Shown piece after piece: positions 57,604-64,000 of a DNA stretch of 64,000 bases. How positions within the stretch are numbered: the stretch's first letter is position 1; the number at the start of each line of letters is the position of its first letter. The notes under the pieces were generated by a model. The model saw only the letters and a list, made by a program, of their open reading frames with translations, was not told the origin of the DNA and ran no database searches. A program made the position numbers and the translations under genes. Location of the stretch: IMG/VR virus record IMGVR_UViG_3300048121_001678, positions 1-64,000 of that record; one strand, written 5' to 3'.

Positions 57604-58518
57604 TTATCGGTAACAGTCCTTATATGGTTTACAAGATGCCTTTTGTGAAAAACCCATATCTTTGCACGATGTCTTCTCACAATAAGATTTACTCATCTTA
57701 CCTTCAGTAATCTCAGTAATACCCTCTTTATATTTATCTTCAATATAATCCTTTATTTCATTAATAGTGGAATACAACATACTTAAGAAACTATTCCACT
57801 GTTTTGGATTATATCTCTTTAGTAACCCTAGTAAGTGAAGTACGTGAGGTAACTCTTTGTCATTAACCTCCTCAGATGATATACTATACATTGCCTTTTT
57901 AAAAATTTCATCACCCTGTCCACTCTTAGCAAAAAAGGATAATGCACTGTCTAAACTATCCATCAACTCTTGTTTTGTATATCTTCCAACCATCTCTTTA
58001 TATTCATTAACCAATCCCTCCAGTACCTCATTTGCATACGCTCTGAATTCAAATGGGTGCCCATAATACTTCTCTGTGTCTGATGGATTATAATCCCCAA
58101 TCTTTTTTTGTGAAATCTTTGATGTGGTATTCAAATCCATTAAATGTTGCACCTCATGGTATAATAAATTATAAATTGACTTTCTTGATGGAACCATAGA
58201 TTCTTCCGGATTAATCACAATAAATACATTATATAGATTTCTCTCTTTATTGTTATTGATTGGAAATACCGCTGCCTGATTTTCAAGCTCACTCAAATAG
58301 TATACAGGTACCATTGAGTAATCACCTGTCGAATCTTCAACATAAATTTGACCCTTTTTAGGGTTCTCATCATCTTTATTCTTCCAGGCATTAAAAAGTA
58401 TATCAGACATATACTCTAAATCAGATTTAGTTCTAGGGTGTAGTTTAACCCTTTTAGAGGTCTCAACTATTAAATTTTCTCTATACTCTCTTAAAACTTT
58501 TCTTATTATATTTTCCAT
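57604..58518 (-). CDS. Putative zinc-metallopeptidase-like virion protein
   Basis: YHEVQHLMD (HExxH) followed by EFRAYANE; Cys-rich tail YCEKTSCKDMGFSQKASCKPYKDCYR. Confidence 0.6.
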   Translation of the reverse strand: MENIIRKVLREYRENLIVETSKRVKLHPRTKSDLEYMSDILFNAWKNKDDENPKKGQIYVEDSTGDYSMVPVYYLSELENQAAVFPINNNKERNLYNVFIVINPEESMVPSRKSIYNLLYHEVQHLMDLNTTSKISQKKIGDYNPSDTEKYYGHPFEFRAYANEVLEGLVNEYKEMVGRYTKQELMDSLDSALSFFAKSGQGDEIFKKAMYSISSEEVNDKELPHVLHLLGLLKRYNPKQWNSFLSMLYSTINEIKDYIEDKYKEGITEITEGKMSKSYCEKTSCKDMGFSQKASCKPYKDCYR

Positions 58519-58549
58519 AACACTATAATTATACTATTATAAATATACT

Positions 58550-58699
58550 ATGAAACAAAAAGAAAAAACAGGGTGTAAACAATGTAAAAACAAACTAAAT
58601 GGTACACAAACCGTAATGGTGGTATTATCTATTTATATATTTTTATCATCCATTTATGGTACAGTAAAACTATTTGGTTTAGTTAAAGATTTATTCTGA
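58550..58699 (+). CDS. 49-aa CxxC membrane micro-protein (not in ORF track)
   Basis: MKQKEKTGCKQCKNKLNGTQTVMVVLSIYIFLSSIYGTVKLFGLVKDLF. Confidence 0.6.
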   Translation: MKQKEKTGCKQCKNKLNGTQTVMVVLSIYIFLSSIYGTVKLFGLVKDLF

Positions 58700-59629
58700 T
58701 AAATCTCTAAATACCCCTAATTTAATATATAGGTCTCCTGTATTATTTTGTATTTTATAACCCTTACCCCTTACTCTTAATGGTTTGTCCGTATCTAATT
58801 TACCAGGTAATGGAATACTAATCTTAGTATCAGGGTGCGGTATTTCTATATTTTTAATAGTTGAAAACTCATTTACGTTTAATTTAGTTGTGTAAACCAT
58901 GTCGTTGTTAACTTTTTCAAACCCATCGTGTTTAATCATATTAATTTTAAGGATTAAATCTCCAACACCCCTATTCGGATAAAAATCACCTTTATTTGGA
59001 ACACGTAAGAAATCTCCACTATCCATATTTTTTGGTATGTTAGCCCTTAATGTCATAATACTAGGTTTAGTCTTTTGACCACCACACCCATAACAAGGTC
59101 TAATAATGTTATAACCCTCTCCTTGGCACTGAGGACAATCGACATCTACAACCTGTGTAAACATACCACTACCAAATTTCTGTCTTACTCTACCATGTCC
59201 TTTACATTGACCACAAACCTCTTTATCACCACCAGTACCACTACAGGTCTCACAACCAACTCTAACCTGATAACTCAATTCTTTTTCAACACCAAGATAA
59301 GATTCAATAGGTGTTATATCGACATTGATTATTTTGTCGGGTGACTTAGGTTTCCTTCTTTGGGTTTGTCCCTGTCTTTGTTGATTAAACATATTAAAGA
59401 AATCATCCATAGAACCACCACCACCATTAAATGGGTTAGGGTTATCATACTGACCTTTCTTATTCACATCACCTAACGTGTCGTAAGCCTCAGCAATTTC
59501 TTTAAACTTATCAGCACCATCTGGGTTTACATCAGGGTGATATTGTTTAGATTTTTTTCTATAGGCTTTTTTTATTTCGTCAGGAGACGCATCTCGAGAA
59601 ACACCTAATATGTTATAATAATCTTTCAT
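58691..59629 (-). CDS. dnaJ: DnaJ chaperone
   Basis: J-domain with YHPD, four CxxCxGxG repeats and a C-terminal domain. Confidence 0.95.
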   Translation of the reverse strand: MKDYYNILGVSRDASPDEIKKAYRKKSKQYHPDVNPDGADKFKEIAEAYDTLGDVNKKGQYDNPNPFNGGGGSMDDFFNMFNQQRQGQTQRRKPKSPDKIINVDITPIESYLGVEKELSYQVRVGCETCSGTGGDKEVCGQCKGHGRVRQKFGSGMFTQVVDVDCPQCQGEGYNIIRPCYGCGGQKTKPSIMTLRANIPKNMDSGDFLRVPNKGDFYPNRGVGDLILKINMIKHDGFEKVNNDMVYTTKLNVNEFSTIKNIEIPHPDTKISIPLPGKLDTDKPLRVRGKGYKIQNNTGDLYIKLGVFRDLSE

Positions 59630-60272
59630 GGATAACTATATAATTGTATTATTTAAGAATAAGAAAAAGAGACGAATAATCAAAGGTTACTCGACAGAAA
59701 GTAATGCTCGTCAAAAATTTGAGACATTACTAAAGAGTAATGATGTTTTATTTCCTGTTGAATATGAAAATGCCGAGTACTGTATTCATGAATTAGGTCT
59801 ATTAACCACTCAACGTGATTTCCAACTACCTTTATTCTACACTGATGACTTTGGGAGAAATGAAAAGGTGTTTGTTGATGGTGAAAGTAGTTATACATTC
59901 TTAGAAGTCAAAGACTATCAGTTGGAAGAGAAAATATATGATTGGCAAACAGATAGTAAAATCGAAATGCAAAAACTCATCTATGATTACTGTCCGATAA
60001 AAGAAATGAAAAGTATATCAACATTAAATAATAAGATAATTATACAAATTAATGATGATTTTAAACTTTTTTCTTTAAAGAATATAGATGATGCTCAACG
60101 AGCACTTAAAGTGATGGAAAAGTATTTTATAAGAAAAGGTCGTAAAGACGCTATATTTGTTAGAGACATATCTACGACTCAGCGTAAGTGGTTGTATGAT
60201 GTGTTAGAAAGAAATGGGTTTGACCGTAAAAAACTTTACCGTCAACATACTACTTACTCAAAACGAGTGTAA
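59628..60272 (+). CDS. Hypothetical protein
   Basis: 214-aa ORF divergent from dnaJ. Confidence 0.7.
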   Translation: MDNYIIVLFKNKKKRRIIKGYSTESNARQKFETLLKSNDVLFPVEYENAEYCIHELGLLTTQRDFQLPLFYTDDFGRNEKVFVDGESSYTFLEVKDYQLEEKIYDWQTDSKIEMQKLIYDYCPIKEMKSISTLNNKIIIQINDDFKLFSLKNIDDAQRALKVMEKYFIRKGRKDAIFVRDISTTQRKWLYDVLERNGFDRKKLYRQHTTYSKRV

Positions 60273-60477
60273 ATTCAATACCTGAAATATTAATAATTAA
60301 TTGTTCACCACTCACATCTCTTGGACTGAAAGTGCTAATAATATTTCGGTAATCTTCAGGCTTTAATTCGACAACCACTGAAACATTACCTTTGTTAAAA
60401 ATTGAATTATCAAATATTTCAGATATCTCTGCCAGTTTTGTTAATTCATCCCTAAAGTTTGTTTCAGTCTTTGCCAC
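60250..60477 (-). CDS. Hypothetical protein
   Basis: 75-aa ORF. Confidence 0.6.
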   Translation of the reverse strand: MAKTETNFRDELTKLAEISEIFDNSIFNKGNVSVVVELKPEDYRNIISTFSPRDVSGEQLIINISGIEFTLVLSK

Positions 60478-60638
60478 AACGTATATTTTTTTTCCACAAC
60501 AGGCGTGTTCTTAATTTGAACTGGGTCAATTTTCTTAATCTCATTAATGAAATTAACCTTCGACTTCTTCTCCTCTTTCTTGTCTTTGATTTTCTCCTTC
60601 TGAAGCCAATTCACCATTTCCTGTAGATTCTTGTCCAT
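60441..60638 (-). CDS. Hypothetical protein
   Basis: 65-aa ORF. Confidence 0.6.
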   Translation of the reverse strand: MDKNLQEMVNWLQKEKIKDKKEEKKSKVNFINEIKKIDPVQIKNTPVVEKKYTLWQRLKQTLGMN

Positions 60639-61047
60639 CTTCTTCCTCTAATTTTGTTTCTAATTCTAATGTGGTGTTTTCGTTAATTTCAAAAATTAAT
60701 CGTTTTAACTCATTCACATCCTTTGACTCAAACATACTTTTCAATTCTTGAATTTTATGTTTAAATAATTTTTCCTTTTCCTCTTTTTCTTGATTGTACT
60801 TAATAACACCATTAATACAGTTCTCAACCTCATTTACTAAGTTAACCTCATTTTTAACAACAAAAGAATAAAGTCTAAAATTAGGTCTATCACTATTGTC
60901 CTGAGTTAAAACTTCAATGTTCTTGGTATACTTCTTAGGTATACCCCATGAATCTTTGAAATATATGTCGAAAGATATGAAATCTTTTAAATATCTTAAC
61001 GATTTGAGGTATTGTTTAGTTTCTTCTGTAAAATTTGAAAAAATCAT
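60553..61047 (-). CDS. Hypothetical coiled-coil protein
   Basis: 164-aa ORF. Confidence 0.65.
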   Translation of the reverse strand: MIFSNFTEETKQYLKSLRYLKDFISFDIYFKDSWGIPKKYTKNIEVLTQDNSDRPNFRLYSFVVKNEVNLVNEVENCINGVIKYNQEKEEKEKLFKHKIQELKSMFESKDVNELKRLIFEINENTTLELETKLEEEDGQESTGNGELASEGENQRQERGEEVEG

Positions 61048-61241
61048 ATTAACGATATAATATATGTTATCACGTAACTGAAAAATAACCCATTAATGAG
61101 TAATTCTCTGTTGGTTAAATTTAATGGTTTAGGTGGGTCGGATAATAAGGAACTAATGAAGTTAACAATAGTCCTTATTATACCCAACAATGAAAAAATG
61201 AATATGAATGTACTAAAGTATGTTAGTAATTCTATAATCAT
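61044..61241 (-). CDS. Small membrane protein
   Basis: 65 aa with two hydrophobic helices. Confidence 0.65.
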   Translation of the reverse strand: MIIELLTYFSTFIFIFSLLGIIRTIVNFISSLLSDPPKPLNLTNRELLINGLFFSYVITYIISLI

Positions 61242-61414
61242 TATAGTGTTTTTTTGTGTTCAAGAATTTCACCTCTTAAATCTTGTAATAATGATTTTAA
61301 TTCTTGTGCTGTTTTTCTAGCTCTAGTACCCGCAGATTTATTACCTGCAAAAAATTTGTTAGCATCTAATGATAATGTTTCAACGTGTGCTTTGATTGTT
61401 TCTAATGTCTCCAT
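61241..61414 (-). CDS. Histone H1-like (Hc1 family) protein (start re-set to METLE)
   Basis: DANKFFAGNKSAGTRARKTAQELK motif of the Bacteroidota Hc1-like family. Confidence 0.75.
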   Translation of the reverse strand: METLETIKAHVETLSLDANKFFAGNKSAGTRARKTAQELKSLLQDLRGEILEHKKTL

Positions 61415-61490
61415 TTTAATTTTAATTTTAATTTTTTTATTACTCAAAATGTAATTTTTATGTGCTGATAGTAAAGCCAAACCATAAAAA

Positions 61491-61973
61491 TTAATTTTGT
61501 AATGACCTCTCTAAAACCTTATACATGTCAGTATACATTTCAATATCTGACTTAGTAAAGATTCTATTCATGTCAAAAAGTTGTGTTAAGAAGGGTTCTA
61601 TTGATTCTCTAACTTCCACATCTCTTTGGTCATAATATACTTCAAAAAAGAAACTTTCAAAATAATCGTAGTCATTATTCTTAAACTTAAATCTTATATT
61701 TTCTTTTTCAAAATTAGTGATTGTCTTAATCCAACACCATTCAAAATGACCTTTTTTATCTTCATAAGACATACTTATATTAGTTTCTCTACCATTGGTA
61801 TTAATCTCCCCAAGATATGTCTCCTCTATAAGGTATAGTAGCGAAAAACAAAAGTCCTCAAACAATTCTGAATACTCTTTTTGTATATTGTGTGCGCGGA
61901 ACCATAAATCCACATCTGATTTATCCATAGGCTTTGTTACCCAATTAAAAAAAAAGTCCATCCCTTCTTTCAT
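61491..61973 (-). CDS. Hypothetical protein
   Basis: 160-aa ORF. Confidence 0.7.
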   Translation of the reverse strand: MKEGMDFFFNWVTKPMDKSDVDLWFRAHNIQKEYSELFEDFCFSLLYLIEETYLGEINTNGRETNISMSYEDKKGHFEWCWIKTITNFEKENIRFKFKNNDYDYFESFFFEVYYDQRDVEVRESIEPFLTQLFDMNRIFTKSDIEMYTDMYKVLERSLQN

Positions 61974-62020
61974 ATAAGAAAGATAAGATGGACTTCTTTA
62001 AAAGAAATATTAAAGTTTTT

Positions 62021-63040
62021 TTACTGTGTTTTAAAGTTATGACCTAATAATGATTTCATTCTATCGATATCCTCATTAATTTTCTTTTGTGACTTATCCT
62101 CAGTTCCTTCAGACAATGCTGACATCACTTCGTCAGGTGACATTGCCGCCTTATCACTTTTAGATTTACCAGCCACATCCTCTACAGGTTGTACTGCTTT
62201 GTTGTAAGATTGTTTCTTCAACTTAGCTAGCCAATTCTTCTTACGTCTGTCGTTAACCTTTTCGTTAGCATCAGTAGCAACCGCATTTGCATATTCCTGT
62301 GAGTTACCTGTCTTTGAATCACCTAAGATGTTCATTTCAATCCAATCTTCGTTAGGTTTTATAGCATCATAATCCAAGTTTTCCATACCACCCGAACGAG
62401 CAATTTGGTCAATATACTCTTCAACTGCGTCAGATGCGTGGTACTTCATACTCAAGTCCTCACCCATTTCACCATTTCCTTTAGGGAAATCTTTAGGGTC
62501 TTCTTCATAACCTTCGTTAGAACCCGCTTTAACGTAGTCTTTCATTTTTTTGTTAACGTCCTTCATTGCTTCGTCGTTAACCTTCTTAGAATCTTTCAAT
62601 ACTTTTTCAGTATCTTTCATTCCTTTAGCTTCTTTTTCTTCCATAACCAGTCTTTGGATAAGTTCAACCATTTCTGATTCAGTAAGTGTTATGGTCTTTT
62701 TAGTTGACTCATTAACTTCATCTTCCTCTCCTTTAACTGGAAATTTTTTACCATCAACCTCAAAAGAATCTTCACCCTTCTTAATTGCTTCGTCTCTCGC
62801 GCCACTGAAAGCGTTTCCTTCTTCCATTTCCTCTTCGTCCATTTCTTCTTCCATACGTTGTTTTTTGATGTCTGAATCGACACCTACAACTTCAGAATCA
62901 CGTCCGTCAAACTCGTCTCTTTCTTCAGGCATTTTACCCATGTCTTCTGAAACCGCATCAACAGCTTCTTCTACTTTTTTTGACAATTCTTCATTTAAGA
63001 CCTTGTCAACAATTTTATTTATAGTTTTTTCAATATTCAT
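62021..63040 (-). CDS. Acidic probable head/core (scaffold-like) protein
   Basis: E/D/K/M-rich with several [ILV]xE sites (VLNEE, TLTESE, KINE); TATTTAT at 63057-63063. Confidence 0.6.
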   Translation of the reverse strand: MNIEKTINKIVDKVLNEELSKKVEEAVDAVSEDMGKMPEERDEFDGRDSEVVGVDSDIKKQRMEEEMDEEEMEEGNAFSGARDEAIKKGEDSFEVDGKKFPVKGEEDEVNESTKKTITLTESEMVELIQRLVMEEKEAKGMKDTEKVLKDSKKVNDEAMKDVNKKMKDYVKAGSNEGYEEDPKDFPKGNGEMGEDLSMKYHASDAVEEYIDQIARSGGMENLDYDAIKPNEDWIEMNILGDSKTGNSQEYANAVATDANEKVNDRRKKNWLAKLKKQSYNKAVQPVEDVAGKSKSDKAAMSPDEVMSALSEGTEDKSQKKINEDIDRMKSLLGHNFKTQ

Positions 63041-63070
63041 AATATTTCTTTTTATAATAAATATACGTGA

Positions 63071-64000
63071 TTATCTAAATCTCGCATATGGATTTATTCT
63101 AATACTTGAAAGGTACATACCCAAGCTTGTCATAACTCTATCAACATATTCCATATTATGCATAATAGCACTTTCAACTGGGTCACCTCTGTAAGATTCT
63201 TCTTCTTCCTCTGGCGGTAAGTAACGAGAAATCATTTCATAAAATTCAACAGGTACACTTTGACCTTTGTATTTCAAATCAGATAATTCTACCCATAATT
63301 CAGCATAATTACTATTACCAAAATCATAATCACTAGCCTTACCAAAGAATCCACCAATCTTACCTTTAGGACCAACATCAAGAATTTTTACCTTACCCGA
63401 TAAACCATTATTAGCATTAAACTCAAACTCCTTATCTTTCAACTCTTTGAGTAGAAATTGAGCCTTCTTATCAGGAACTGTTTCTAACCATTCTTTTTGG
63501 TGTTCCTCACTACTCTTTGGTTTATAATCATCGGGTAATTCAATAGTTATTATTTCACCGTCCTCTTGTTCTTGGATATATCCTAATTCCTTCGCTATGA
63601 TATTTCTAACAACATACTCTTCAACATTTGTCTTTTCAGCAGTATTCGAAACGATTTCCTTTACCATCTCTCTTTCAAAGAACTCTAACGCATTTATATC
63701 CCCCTGATTACAGTACGGAAACTTAGAACATTTCTTCTTTACCTTAACATACTTACCACCTTTACCTCCAAACTTTGGGAAGTTCTTGTCTCTAACAGAC
63801 CTTAACTCCTTCTCCACTGTGTCAGGGTTAGATAGTTTTAATGGGTCTTTCTTAGGACCTCCGAATGGTGCGTCATATACACCGGCTGATGCCGATGTTG
63901 TAGCTTCAGTAGCTTCACCACCAGTCTCCATACTCTCTAACTTAGTATAGTATTGTGGGTCTTCATATAAGTGGTCCAACGCAATCTCAATAGCAACCAT
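63071..64000 (-). CDS. Partial virion-associated protein with DUF5661-like motif (5' end outside window)
   Basis: AIEIALDHLYEDPQYYTKL motif; the frame runs to the window edge. Confidence 0.65.
   Translation of the reverse strand: MVAIEIALDHLYEDPQYYTKLESMETGGEATEATTSASAGVYDAPFGGPKKDPLKLSNPDTVEKELRSVRDKNFPKFGGKGGKYVKVKKKCSKFPYCNQGDINALEFFEREMVKEIVSNTAEKTNVEEYVVRNIIAKELGYIQEQEDGEIITIELPDDYKPKSSEEHQKEWLETVPDKKAQFLLKELKDKEFEFNANNGLSGKVKILDVGPKGKIGGFFGKASDYDFGNSNYAELWVELSDLKYKGQSVPVEFYEMISRYLPPEEEEESYRGDPVESAIMHNMEYVDRVMTSLGMYLSSIRINPYARFR

Noticed and set aside
62550-63194. 214-aa plus-strand Ser-rich ORF and similar antisense ORFs (e.g. 138-482, 1216-1602, 17909-18181)
   Set aside because: They are antisense shadows of acidic or hydrophobic genes on the other strand.
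1-64000. Stop-codon reassignment as seen in some large Bacteroidota phages
   Set aside because: Known genes (thyA, glnII, dnaJ, TonB receptor) are full-length in the standard code, and TAG acts as a normal stop at 13155 and 20333.

Overview
This window is a gene-dense, AT-rich segment of a large, probably jumbo, tailed dsDNA phage. The host is most likely aquatic Bacteroidota (Flavobacteria-like), judged from TAnnTTTG promoters, A-rich leaders without Shine-Dalgarno sites, and Bacteroidota-type TonB receptor, glutamine synthetase II and Hc1-like genes. No rRNA, tRNA, CRISPR array, integrase or reverse transcriptase was seen. Recognisable genes include folA, thyA, two DNA methyltransferases, DnaJ, Trx/Grx/Gpx, a Nudix hydrolase, a sulfatase, a SleB hydrolase and a TonB-dependent receptor. 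The main highlights are four. (1) A candidate phage procollagen system: three giant interrupted-collagen fibres, each ending in an S74 self-cleaving chaperone, sit directly beside three 2OG-Fe(II) hydroxylases, two glycosyltransferase-like genes and a sulfotransferase-like gene. A PLOD-like glycosyltransferase lacking its hydroxylase domain lies about 9 kb away. (2) A roughly 815-nt GOLLD-like structured RNA forms its own transcription unit. (3) A TATTTAT promoter class is linked to proteins with N-terminal [ILV]-x-E leaders, suggesting head-packaged cargo, including a DHH/M15/PG-binding fusion. (4) There is a degenerate MetK-like protein, and GATC appears to be avoided despite a Dam-family gene. 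All family assignments come from motif recognition by eye; no database searches were run.
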